64,000 nucleotides of DNA, from the NCBI GenBank assembly GCA_041645325.1, contig JBAZQI010000001.1:8945-72944 (forward strand), in the 5' to 3' direction. Source of the stretch: an archaeon. Its GTDB lineage: Archaea; Iainarchaeota; Iainarchaeia; Iainarchaeales; GCA-2688035. The notes beneath the pieces were generated by a model. It saw only the letters and a list, made by a program, of their open reading frames with translations. It searched no databases and was not told the origin of the DNA. The position numbers were made by a program, and so were the translations under genes. Of the stretch, positions 18,650-27,443 are shown piece by piece; the stretch's first letter is position 1, and each line of letters opens with the position of its first letter.

Positions 18650-18943
18650 ATGTTGAAAGGCGGTTTTTTCTTGTTTGAAGCAAGGTTCAGCAACAATTCG
18701 GAGAAATTCATCAAAAACTGCGATGAAAAAATAAAGCAGCGCCTAAAACAATTGTTTTTGCGCTTGCAAGATGCGCCTGTTCCCGCAAAAGAATTTGACT
18801 TGAAAAAGATTGGCGGAAAAGACGACACTTACAGGATAAGGCTGTCAAGCTACAGGGTAACCTACACCGTCTTTTGGGAACAAAAAATCATCAGGGTATT
18901 GTTTATTGAAAGAAGGAAAGAAAGCACTTACAAACAGTTGTGA
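18650..18943 (+). CDS. RelE/ParE-family toxin
   Basis: C-terminal YRIRLSSYRVTYTVFWEQKIIRVLFIERRKESTY matches the RelE/ParE signature (R..Y...I.VL.I..RK..Y). Confidence 0.7.
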   Translation: MLKGGFFLFEARFSNNSEKFIKNCDEKIKQRLKQLFLRLQDAPVPAKEFDLKKIGGKDDTYRIRLSSYRVTYTVFWEQKIIRVLFIERRKESTYKQL

Positions 18944-18947
18944 ACAG

Positions 18948-18967
18948 CACGTGCAAATATTTAAAAT
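18948..18967 (+). repeat. direct repeat DR2 (cacgtgcaaatatttaaaat)
   Basis: Duplicate of 18325-18344, located just after the toxin stop. Confidence 0.7.
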
Positions 18968-18999
18968 ATAGTTGAATGTGAATTGGTAAAGGAGTATGC

Positions 19000-19329
19000 A
19001 TGCCGAGCAACAAAAACAGGAAAGACAAGACGAGTTCTGAAAGCATTGGAAAGCTGCGTTTTCCCAACAAGGAAAAGTGCGAGATTTTTGGCGTTGTGTC
19101 AAAGCTCATGGGCGCAAACCAGGTCAAGGCAGTCTGCCAGGACGGCGTTGAAAGGGGCTGCAGGATTCCCGGCAAGCTCAAAAAGCGCGTTTGGGTAAGG
19201 GAAGGCGACCTTGTGATTGTCAAGATTTGGGATTTCCAGCCAAGCAAGGGCGACATAATGTGGCGCTTTTTCGGGAACCAGGTTGAATGGTTCAAAAGAA
19301 AGGGCGTGCTTGAAGGCCTGCCAATCTGA
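19000..19329 (+). CDS. eif1a: translation initiation factor aIF1A
   Basis: S1-like OB fold: ...GVVSKLMGANQVKAVCQDGVERGCRIPGKLKKRVWVREGDLVIV.... Confidence 0.9.
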   Translation: MPSNKNRKDKTSSESIGKLRFPNKEKCEIFGVVSKLMGANQVKAVCQDGVERGCRIPGKLKKRVWVREGDLVIVKIWDFQPSKGDIMWRFFGNQVEWFKRKGVLEGLPI

Positions 19330-19381
19330 TTCTTTTGCTGAAAGAAATGGCTTGCCTGAAGGCCTGCCTTTGTGAAAACAT

Positions 19382-19939
19382 TCAGACATCAACCATTGCA
19401 AGCCTGATTCTTCCATCCATATTCTGGCCAAGGACAATTATGTTATGCTCAAACATCTTCCCGATGGATACCTTGGCACAGCAGTCTTTCAGTTCACCCA
19501 AAGCAGCGCGCAGTTTTTCCAAGGAAATGCCTTTGTTCAATGGATGATTAGTGAAACGCTTGCAAATCAAGGCTTGTTCCCTTTTAAGATAAGAAGAAGG
19601 CAAGCGGGATTTTTTGGCTTCAAGAAAATCAACCAATTCTGCAACTGATGGCTTTTCAAAATATTCTTGAATGCCTGTTTCATATGAGCAGGCTGGTTTC
19701 ACCAAAACAAACAATTTTGGATTGCCAAAATCCCCAAAAGAATGCATAAGCACAGAATAGGCTTCGTTGGCAACACGCAGGTCAAGAGGCCATCTTTTTG
19801 CAATAAGCCTCTTGTGCTGGCCGGTGCCAACAAGCACTTTTTTATCACGATTCACAAGCATTGAACCCGTATTCAGGTTTCGCACAAACGCCCCTGCCCT
19901 CTGCTCAAAATTCTTCAGGCGCCTTTTTCTTCCCCTCAA
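19382..19939 (-). CDS. hypothetical protein (no recognised domain)
   Basis: 185-aa ORF with a basic N-terminus. Lies between aIF1A and a secreted-protein gene. Confidence 0.4.
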   Translation of the reverse strand: MRGRKRRLKNFEQRAGAFVRNLNTGSMLVNRDKKVLVGTGQHKRLIAKRWPLDLRVANEAYSVLMHSFGDFGNPKLFVLVKPACSYETGIQEYFEKPSVAELVDFLEAKKSRLPSSYLKREQALICKRFTNHPLNKGISLEKLRAALGELKDCCAKVSIGKMFEHNIIVLGQNMDGRIRLAMVDV

Positions 19940-20029
19940 GCCAAATCACTATCTAATAGATTGTGCTTTTCTGCTTTAAAGACAATGCAGGAGCACGTTG
20001 CTATTCGTTAGCATTCTGCCGAAGGCACT

Positions 20030-20110
20030 TTTTCCCATGGCTTTTTTGCTCAAACCTTTTAGCAAAAGGTTTACGAAAAATGTTTCGCAAGCAAAAAAGG
20101 CTTTTGCCTA
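20030..20110. repeat. hairpin-module repeat region (AAAGGCTTTT family)
   Basis: aaaccttttagcaaaaggttt, cgaaaaatgtttcg and aaggcttttgcctaagc hairpins. Confidence 0.45.
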
Positions 20111-22146
20111 AGCAAAAAAACCATTATTTAAACATCGGTGTGCATAATTGTTTAGGCGATTTTGTTTTGGATTCCAGCACAAATCTTTTGCTTGGTTTTG
20201 TTGCGGTCATGGTTGCCGCCGTGGCGGTAATCGCATACCCTTATATGGCGCCGATTGATGTGCCGGCTGGCCCTAACTGGCATATCGGCCCTTCCGGCCC
20301 GGAATTCAAGGAGATTCCGCGCTTTCAAAGCTATTCTGATTTGAAGGCAGCTTTTGAGGAAGCGGGGAGCGGCGTGCGCAATGGCATGTGGGAAACAATG
20401 GGCGGCGTTGCAGTGCCAATGGCCGCCAATGCTGATTCTGCAGGCAAAGCCGTTTCGGAAGAACAATCTTCGGATTTTTCCACAACCAATGTGCAGGTGC
20501 AGGGTGTTGATGAGGCTGACATTGTGAAGACTGACGGAAAGTACGTTTACAATTTTGCCGGTGAAGAGCTTGTGATTACCGACGCTTACCCTGTTGAGGG
20601 CTCTAAAATTGTTTCGGAAACAAAGCTTGGCGGATTATCGCCGATAGAAATGTTTGTTTCCGGCGACAGGCTACTGCTTTTTGGGAGCGAATACGTTAAT
20701 TATGGCTGTGAAGACTGTGATGGAATAAAAGGCGTTTCGTCAATTGAGCGAATGCCTTACTTTTGGGGCGGCAGCAGGGCTGTTGTAAGGCTTTATGACA
20801 TTTCCGACAGGGCTTCTCCTGTGCTTGAAAAAGAGCTTGAGTTTGAAGGCAGTTATTTGGCCTCAAGGCTTGTCGGGGAAAATGCTTACTTTGTTGTGAA
20901 CAGCTGGCCGAGCTACAGGGAATGCGATGAAAGCAATGAAGAATGCATGATTCCCCTGATGGCTGATGATGGCGTTGAGAAAAAGGTTGCGGAGGCAACC
21001 GAAATAGGCTACCTTCTGCCGATGCCTGCGCAGAGCTTTGTGACCCTTGCCTCAATGAACCTTGGTTCCGGCGCGCTTGAAAAGGAAACAATTGCCGGAA
21101 GCGCGCAGGGCGTTTTTGCCTCGCAGGAAAACATTTACCTTGAGGCAAGCGTGTGGATTCCGAGGGAAACACTGCTGCCTGAGGGAACGCCCGCCGGCGA
21201 GATTGAAAGGGCTGTTTGGGGTGACACCGAGGAAACAGTTGTGAACAAGTTTGGCCTTGCCGAAGGCAAGATTGGTTACATTGGGCAGGGCAGGGTTCCA
21301 GGCCGCGTCCTGAACCAGTTTTCAATGGACGAATTTGAGGGAAATTTCAGGATTGCCACAACCATCGGGTGGAATGGCTCAAATTGCCTGTATGTTTTGA
21401 ACAAGGAAATGGAAACAATCGGAAAGCTTGAAGACCTTGCGCCAGGCGAAAGCATTTACAGCGCGCGCTTCATGGGCCCAAAGGCTTACCTTGTAACCTT
21501 CAAAAAGGTTGACCCGTTGTTTGTCATTGACCTGTCAAACCCTGTGGAACCAAAGGTCTTGGGCAAGCTCAAGATTCCCGGTTACTCCGATTATTTGCAT
21601 CCAATAGATGAAACGCACATAATCGGAATAGGCAAGGAAACAATTGAGTCGGCAAAAGGCGACTTTGCATGGTACCAGGGCATGAAGATGGCTATCTTTG
21701 ACGTGAGCGATGTTGAGCACCCTGTGGAAATGCACAAGATTGTCATCGGGGACAGGGGCACTGACAGCTATGCATTGCAGGACCACAAGGCTTTCTTGTA
21801 CGACAAGGAAAAAGAGTTGCTTGTTTTGCCCATAATGCTTGCTGAGATTCCGGAAAGCGACAAAAAGCCCTTGGATGAGGGCCAGTCATGGCCTGCTTAC
21901 GGAGAATACGTTTTCCAGGGCGCTTTTGTTTTCAAGGTGAACCTTGAAGAGGGCTTTGTGCTCAGGGGCAGGATAACCCACATAACCCCTGAAGAAGAGC
22001 TCAAGAGGGGCTATTACTTTGGCGACGATTACAGCGTGAAAAGGGCGCTGTACATAGGCAATGTCTTGTACACGCTGAGCGGAAAAATGCTGAAGGCGAA
22101 TGACCTGGGCACTTTGGAAGAACTGAAGGAATTCAGCTTCGAATGA
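20080..22146 (+). CDS. secreted/cell-surface beta-propeller protein (COG4880-like), N-terminal signal anchor
   Basis: Charged N-terminus followed by a TM segment (LLLGFVAVMVAAVAVIA). Repeated motifs of the VDEADIVKTDGKYVY / DGK.YL type suggest beta-propeller blades. The start is placed at ATG 20080; the ORF-track start at 19963 runs into repeat DNA. Confidence 0.55.
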   Translation: MFRKQKRLLPKQKNHYLNIGVHNCLGDFVLDSSTNLLLGFVAVMVAAVAVIAYPYMAPIDVPAGPNWHIGPSGPEFKEIPRFQSYSDLKAAFEEAGSGVRNGMWETMGGVAVPMAANADSAGKAVSEEQSSDFSTTNVQVQGVDEADIVKTDGKYVYNFAGEELVITDAYPVEGSKIVSETKLGGLSPIEMFVSGDRLLLFGSEYVNYGCEDCDGIKGVSSIERMPYFWGGSRAVVRLYDISDRASPVLEKELEFEGSYLASRLVGENAYFVVNSWPSYRECDESNEECMIPLMADDGVEKKVAEATEIGYLLPMPAQSFVTLASMNLGSGALEKETIAGSAQGVFASQENIYLEASVWIPRETLLPEGTPAGEIERAVWGDTEETVVNKFGLAEGKIGYIGQGRVPGRVLNQFSMDEFEGNFRIATTIGWNGSNCLYVLNKEMETIGKLEDLAPGESIYSARFMGPKAYLVTFKKVDPLFVIDLSNPVEPKVLGKLKIPGYSDYLHPIDETHIIGIGKETIESAKGDFAWYQGMKMAIFDVSDVEHPVEMHKIVIGDRGTDSYALQDHKAFLYDKEKELLVLPIMLAEIPESDKKPLDEGQSWPAYGEYVFQGAFVFKVNLEEGFVLRGRITHITPEEELKRGYYFGDDYSVKRALYIGNVLYTLSGKMLKANDLGTLEELKEFSFE

Positions 22147-22156
22147 ATTCCATTTT

Positions 22157-22975
22157 CTATTTTCTTTTAATAGTGATTATTTTGTCCGGGTCAATTTCAA
22201 GCTTGCCAGCGTTTTGAAGCGCTTTGCCTTCATCATTTAAGACCACTTTTGTTGAAAACACTTCCGGGCAGCGCCTGTAAAGCAATCTGCCTGCATCTAA
22301 TTCAGAAATATTTTCATGCCGGCTGGGTTTAAAAGAAAATAAAATTCCTGCCCTGTGCATTTCAAGCGGCGTATAGAGTACCATAAATAAGCGGTCTCGC
22401 CTGGTTGCTTGACGCGGCTCTTGAGAGGGAGCCAGATTGGGCAAATTATTTGGGCCAATTAGGCGCAAGATATCGCTGGACTTATTGTGGATTAGCGCAA
22501 GGGTCTGATTCAGCGCTACCGCAATCTTTGCTATCCTATTCCTGAGCAGCTTTGCATCCGGAACAAGCATCACAAGCCCCAGGGGTTTTCCGCCTGCTTT
22601 AATCTCAAAAGGAATCCCGAAAGAAGCATAATTGTTAATGCTGACCATTGCCCTAAGCTCTGCAAATTGTTTTTGGCGCGCTCCTTTTTTGGAAAGTCGC
22701 ATGGCCTCTTCAAGGCTTACTCCTTTTGGCGCTTTTATTCCGGCGAAATACAATGCTCTTTGTTTTCGAATCCATTTCAAATAAGGCGCTTCCCTTTCGG
22801 CATTTGGTTTCCCAGGGCCGACGGGAATTTGCCCGCCTTTAGGCATCAACCAATATCTGCGGCTCCCTCCGTGTTTCATGGTTAATAACACAGCGCACTT
22901 GGAATAAAAATATTCTGATGCCGGATTTTCCCTGCCAATTGGTAATTTAAATTGCTTTAGCCAATTATTTTTCAT
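22157..22975 (-). CDS. hypothetical protein (272 aa, unrecognised)
   Basis: Long ORF on the opposite strand between the propeller gene and the RIO kinase. Its start codon overlaps the RIO ATG (CATG), so the true start may be Met33. Confidence 0.4.
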   Translation of the reverse strand: MKNNWLKQFKLPIGRENPASEYFYSKCAVLLTMKHGGSRRYWLMPKGGQIPVGPGKPNAEREAPYLKWIRKQRALYFAGIKAPKGVSLEEAMRLSKKGARQKQFAELRAMVSINNYASFGIPFEIKAGGKPLGLVMLVPDAKLLRNRIAKIAVALNQTLALIHNKSSDILRLIGPNNLPNLAPSQEPRQATRRDRLFMVLYTPLEMHRAGILFSFKPSRHENISELDAGRLLYRRCPEVFSTKVVLNDEGKALQNAGKLEIDPDKIITIKRK

Positions 22976-23735
22976 GCAGAGCGAAGGGAAGGAAGATTTT
23001 GATTTAAGGAAATTTGTGCCGGAAGAAGAGGCAAGGAAAACATTTGCAAAGGTCTTTGACAGGCGTACGATTCAGGCTTTGCACAGGCTTGCCACGAGGG
23101 GCTATTTTGAAATGGTTGAGCATGTGATTAGCACTGGCAAGGAAGCGCATGTGTTCCAGGCTGTGGACAAAGCCGGCAATGCGAGGGCCGTGAAGGTTTA
23201 CAAAACCGGAACCTCTGATTTCAACAGGATGCGTGTTTACATTGACGGCGACAGGCGCTTTGGCAAGGTCAAGGGAAGCAAGCGCGATATTGTTTTAGCG
23301 TGGACGCAGAAGGAATTCAAGAACCTTTTGCTTATGAACAAGGCAGGCGTTGCCTGTCCCATGCCAATCGTTTTTTTTGAGAATGTGCTTGTGATGGAAT
23401 TCATCGGGAAGGGGGGAAAAGCGGCGCCGACTTTGAGGGAAGCGCCTGCCAGGGACATAAAAAAGGCTTACAAGGCCATGGTTGGCTTTCTTGCAAGGCT
23501 GTTGTTCAAGGCAGAGCTTGTCCACGCCGATTTCTCGGAATACAACATTTTGAACAACAATGAAAAGCTTGTGGTCATTGACGTTGGGCAGGCTGTTCTA
23601 ACTTCGCATCCTGAGGCAGAGGCCTTTTTTGAAAGGGACCTGAGAAATGTCGCAACCTATTTTTCAAAGCACGGGCTTGAGAAAACCCCTGAACAGGTAA
23701 AGCAGGATGTCAAGGCAATGGAAGGCAAAATTTAG
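22974..23735 (+). CDS. RIO-type serine protein kinase (Rio1-like)
   Basis: Motifs STGKEAHVF, VKVYK, LVHADFSEYNIL and IDVGQAV. Confidence 0.8.
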   Translation: MQSEGKEDFDLRKFVPEEEARKTFAKVFDRRTIQALHRLATRGYFEMVEHVISTGKEAHVFQAVDKAGNARAVKVYKTGTSDFNRMRVYIDGDRRFGKVKGSKRDIVLAWTQKEFKNLLLMNKAGVACPMPIVFFENVLVMEFIGKGGKAAPTLREAPARDIKKAYKAMVGFLARLLFKAELVHADFSEYNILNNNEKLVVIDVGQAVLTSHPEAEAFFERDLRNVATYFSKHGLEKTPEQVKQDVKAMEGKI

Positions 23736-24031
23736 GGCTGTTTTATTTTCAATTCGCTTTCTTTAAGGGCAGGCAGCACTTCTTGAAATGCTTTTTCCGC
23801 ATTTTCTTTATCAACTGTTTTTGCAGTAGTTTTGCCGCTTGCATTCAGGTCAATTTGCATCCCCTGCAGCCTTAAAATTAGAAGCGAAGGGGTTTCAATT
23901 TCAATTAGAGCGCCTTTCTTTTCAAGCAATTTTGCCGCCTTGCCCAATTCAAGCCTAAAGTGCTTTTTTGGCATGAACTGGATGTTTTTGCCGCTGTTGC
24001 ATTTCTTGCATAAAAAATCTTCAAAGAGCAT
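23732..24031 (-). CDS. hypothetical 99-aa protein downstream of PP-loop ATPase
   Basis: Reads directly after the 24032..24685 stop. N-terminal CKKC motif. Confidence 0.35.
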   Translation of the reverse strand: MLFEDFLCKKCNSGKNIQFMPKKHFRLELGKAAKLLEKKGALIEIETPSLLILRLQGMQIDLNASGKTTAKTVDKENAEKAFQEVLPALKESELKIKQP

Positions 24032-24685
24032 CTAATTTCCACCTTCTTTTCTTGCATTGAACGCTTCCAAAACAAGCCGTTGTACAGGCAGTTTTTTCTC
24101 AAATTCCTCAATTACTGCTTTTTTTGCCGCAGTGCTTGGCTTTTCCGGAATTGAACAGCAGCTGCTTGGCAGAATGCTTATTTCAAAAGTTCCCATTCGT
24201 TTTGCGATTGCCTCTATTTCAAGCTTGTCCATGCCCAGCAAGGGCCTTATTATCGGAATCTTGGCAGCACCTGCCTCTGCACTGAGATTGGGCAGTGTCT
24301 GCGATGCAACCTGGCCGAGGCTTTCGCCGCTCAGCAATGCGCTGGCGCCCTCTTCTTTTGCAAGTTTTTCGGCAATTCTCAGCATCATTCTCCTGCATAA
24401 AACGCAGTTGAATTTCCTTTCGCAGTTTTTTGCAATCTCGGCAAGAACCTTCCCAAAAGGCACTATCACCAGCTTTATTTTTCTGCCAAACCTTTTTTCC
24501 AAATGCTCTGCAACATCCCTCGCTTTCTTTTCGCTCCTTTCATCCGCAAAAGGCACAGTGCAGTAATGCAGTGCAACAACATCCAGGCCCTGTTCCAAAG
24601 CAAGCCCTACTGCCGCAGCACTGTCAATGCCTCCACTCAAAAGCGCAACAACCTTCAAACTTTTCTTTTCCGCTCTCTTCGCCAT
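24032..24685 (-). CDS. stand-alone PP-loop ATP pyrophosphatase (ThiI C-terminal-domain-like, no THUMP)
   Basis: SGGIDS P-loop and a CVLCRR cysteine pair. Confidence 0.65.
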   Translation of the reverse strand: MAKRAEKKSLKVVALLSGGIDSAAAVGLALEQGLDVVALHYCTVPFADERSEKKARDVAEHLEKRFGRKIKLVIVPFGKVLAEIAKNCERKFNCVLCRRMMLRIAEKLAKEEGASALLSGESLGQVASQTLPNLSAEAGAAKIPIIRPLLGMDKLEIEAIAKRMGTFEISILPSSCCSIPEKPSTAAKKAVIEEFEKKLPVQRLVLEAFNARKEGGN

Positions 24686-24806
24686 TAAATAGAGAATAAT
24701 GGCTCAGGGTTATTAATTTTTCCGATTTCATTGCGCTTCCTTGGGCCGCGGTGAACTACGGGTTAATAGTATACTATTATATTGATTTTGGCTGTTTGTC
24801 TTTGTT

Positions 24807-25079
24807 ATGTCCACTACAATTAGTTTTGTTGCAGAGCCTTCTTTTTCAAAGGCAATTGATGCCGTTGTTTCTAAAACCGGGCTTTACCAAAGCAAGAGCG
24901 AGTTTGTGAGGGATGCAGTTAGGGAAAAGCTTGAGCGGGTTGTGTCATTGCAAAGCGATTTGGCTGCGGTTAGGGCTTCAGGGAAAAGGCTGTTGCAAAA
25001 ATCTGTTTTTAAGGGAAATCTTTCTGCGGTGGAAAGGGATGCTTTGGCTAAAGCGTATCTAAAATCTCGCCGGGCGTGA
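24807..25079 (+). CDS. ribbon-helix-helix (CopG/Arc-like) DNA-binding protein
   Basis: SKSEFVRDAVREKLER RHH helix. Confidence 0.5.
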   Translation: MSTTISFVAEPSFSKAIDAVVSKTGLYQSKSEFVRDAVREKLERVVSLQSDLAAVRASGKRLLQKSVFKGNLSAVERDALAKAYLKSRRA

Positions 25080-25103
25080 AGCACGGCATAAATTTCTGCG
25101 TTT

Positions 25104-25571
25104 TCACAAAATCTTTTTTGCTTCTGCAGGGTGTGACCATAATTTTTCTTGCATTATTTTCCGGATTGCCTGCAGGAAGCCTTTCGCTATTTTGATTGTT
25201 GTGTCCGCATCTGACTCTTGGATTTCGCTGTTCCTTTCCAAGCCATACATGAGGTCGTGTCTCTGCAATCGAAGGGCATTGAGTTCGCTTAGGTATTTTC
25301 TTTCAATTTTGCCGCCGTATTTTTCGTTGATGTAAACATAAACTGCAAAGTGGCTTCTTTCCTTAAAGCCGTCCTTGAACAGCAGCGCTCTTGCTGAATG
25401 AAACATGGATGCGTAAGCGCTGATGATTGCGCTTTCAAACAGGTTGTGTTCGAATTCGGCTTCGGCAAGATCCAGCTTGTGCTCAGCCATTTCAATTGAA
25501 GATTTTGCTTTTTCCGGGTCGGGTTTCGATTTTGCCAGCAGGCCTTGTTCCAGGCATTGTTCAGTGTTCAT
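25104..25571 (-). CDS. HEPN-domain protein (toxin component of HEPN/MNT pair)
   Basis: Rx4HxY motif (RLQRHDLMYG). Its start overlaps the MNT stop. Confidence 0.75.
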   Translation of the reverse strand: MNTEQCLEQGLLAKSKPDPEKAKSSIEMAEHKLDLAEAEFEHNLFESAIISAYASMFHSARALLFKDGFKERSHFAVYVYINEKYGGKIERKYLSELNALRLQRHDLMYGLERNSEIQESDADTTIKIAKGFLQAIRKIMQEKLWSHPAEAKKIL

Positions 25572-26116
25572 GTAACCACGGGCTTTTCCCCAAACAAAAC
25601 AATGGAGTCATAAATGACATTTTCATAAAATACTTTGTCCTCAACAGCTTTCTTTTTCCAATCTGACAGCGAGAAGAGCGAAAAATTGGTTTCTTTGCCG
25701 AGTTTGTTTGTAAAACCAAAGTCGGTTTTGGCTTTTTGGCTGGAAATGACAAGCAGGTCAATGTCGCTTTTTTCGTCATTTGTCCCCTTTGCAAAGCTGC
25801 CATACAGCAGAATAGAAATAGGGTGCTGCATTTTTTTCACGGTTTGCTCCACAATTCTGGAATCTGCAATTTTGTCCAGGTTAAAGAGAATCTTCCACTG
25901 CCTGCACAAAGGGTTTTCCAAGTCAGCCCGGTATTGGTAAGTCTTGCCAATGATTTTCAGGCAAGCAATGCCTTTATTGCGCATGTAATCTAATGCGGTT
26001 CTTGTGGCTCCTGGGCTGAGGCACGTTTCCCTTGCCAGCCCCCTGACGGAAAAGCTTTTCATGGGCTCGGAAGTCAAAACGCGAATTGCCTTTATCAGAG
26101 CATATTTTTCCAGCAT
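25568..26116 (-). CDS. minimal nucleotidyltransferase (MNT) with N-terminal wHTH
   Basis: ILLYGSFAKGTNDEKSDIDLLVIS (GSx9-13DxD). The ORF-track start at 26182 is probably too long; Met23 sits about 25 nt downstream of a TATATTTAAATATA box. Confidence 0.7.
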   Translation of the reverse strand: MLEKYALIKAIRVLTSEPMKSFSVRGLARETCLSPGATRTALDYMRNKGIACLKIIGKTYQYRADLENPLCRQWKILFNLDKIADSRIVEQTVKKMQHPISILLYGSFAKGTNDEKSDIDLLVISSQKAKTDFGFTNKLGKETNFSLFSLSDWKKKAVEDKVFYENVIYDSIVLFGEKPVVT

Positions 26117-26467
26117 AACAATACAAAATACAATTGTATATTTAAATATAACGATGGGTTCATAGTTTACAATATAAAACAAGGGCTTTGTTGTTATGGG
26201 CGCTGCCGTGAATATTCCTTTGGAACGCGAATATTGGTATTCACGATTTTTTTCTTCGGTCTTTGCCGGAACGCCTTTCGGTTATTCCATAAATAGCGTC
26301 TTCAGGATGTGGGCTGGTAATTGCATATTCAAAACCTATATCCCGTACTCTTCTGTCCTTTCCTGTTCTTCTATCAAGCGGGTTTTTTACGCTTCTTCTG
26401 TCGATTGGCTTGATTGGCTTTAACGGCATTTAATTATCGCCATTAACCTTTTTGTTTTCCCTTCTTT

Positions 26468-27346
26468 TTATTCCTTTCTTTCTGCTTCTTTCATCAAGCT
26501 AATAAAAATCTCCCCGAACCATTCTTCCTGCCAGGCGTTTATTTTGCCGCTGTTTGCAAGGAACAGGATGGGGATGAAGCAGTTTATCATTGCAATCGGC
26601 GTGTTTTCTTCAAGCAGTGCCGAGAACATTACCAGCCCTTGGCTGTCCGCCATTTTCCTGATTTTTGTGAATACCTTGTCAACCTGTTCCGCCGCGCCTC
26701 CCTTGTTGAATTCAAGCCTGAATTCCGGAAGTTGCTTGTCGCGCAGGATGTTTTTCTTTTGCTTTGTTTTTTCCAAAATTTCGCCAATGCTTGCAACCAG
26801 TTCGTCAAGGGAAATCCTGCCTTCCCTGAACTGCCTTTGCCCCCTAAGTTCGGGAATGGCTTCTTCAATCATTGCAAGCTCTTCCCTGTTTATTTCCTTT
26901 GCCTCTGTTTCGTCCTCTTCTTCCACACTGCTCAATTTTATGCTACGCGCCTTGAGCTTGAGCAGTATGGCTGAAGCGAGGATTGCATTTGCCGGAATGC
27001 GCAAGTCTTGTTTTTCAAGCTGCTGAATCTTCTGCCAGTACAAATCGGCGAGTTCGACAACATCAATGTTCCAGGGGTCCATTTTGTTGCTTTTGACAAG
27101 CTCTATAAGTATGCTTTTCCAGGCAGGCTGGTCAATCAAATCCACAAGGTACTGTTTTTCCTGGCCTTGTGGCACGGCTTCAAGGGTGTTTGGGTCTATT
27201 TCCTGGTGGCTTTCTTTCCCAAAATCCTCTGTGCCGCCTTCTTTCCCAAAGCTTTCAGTTTCGCTTTCCTTGCCTTCCAGCTCAGAGTCATTTTCGCCGA
27301 TTTCCCCTGCTTCAGGCTCTTCGTCAAAAACTTTAGGCATAAACAA
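26468..27346 (-). CDS. scpA: segregation and condensation protein A (kleisin ScpA-like)
   Basis: Acidic N-terminal extension followed by ...DPWNIDVVELADLYWQKI... and a C-terminal winged-helix region. Confidence 0.65.
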   Translation of the reverse strand: MFMPKVFDEEPEAGEIGENDSELEGKESETESFGKEGGTEDFGKESHQEIDPNTLEAVPQGQEKQYLVDLIDQPAWKSILIELVKSNKMDPWNIDVVELADLYWQKIQQLEKQDLRIPANAILASAILLKLKARSIKLSSVEEEDETEAKEINREELAMIEEAIPELRGQRQFREGRISLDELVASIGEILEKTKQKKNILRDKQLPEFRLEFNKGGAAEQVDKVFTKIRKMADSQGLVMFSALLEENTPIAMINCFIPILFLANSGKINAWQEEWFGEIFISLMKEAERKE

Positions 27347-27443
27347 AATAGCCCTGAAAGGGTATTTAATAGTTTTCCCAAAACCAGGCCTTCAGCTTTG
27401 GGGGCCATGTAGTGCCTTAATTTGCCAAAGGTTTTTTTACGAA

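Noticed and set aside
19963-20079. ORF-track N-terminal extension of the beta-propeller gene (MLFCFKDNAGARCYS...)
   Set aside because: The extension is encoded by hairpin-repeat DNA. A signal-anchor-compatible Met lies at 20080.
26241-26429. 62-codon basic ORF with RRSGKDRR-type internal repeats in the MNT-ScpA gap (an overlapping plus-strand 75-codon ORF is also present)
   Set aside because: Both strands give ORFs of similar length in an AT-rich spacer. Neither has a convincing start context, so coding status cannot be decided from sequence alone.
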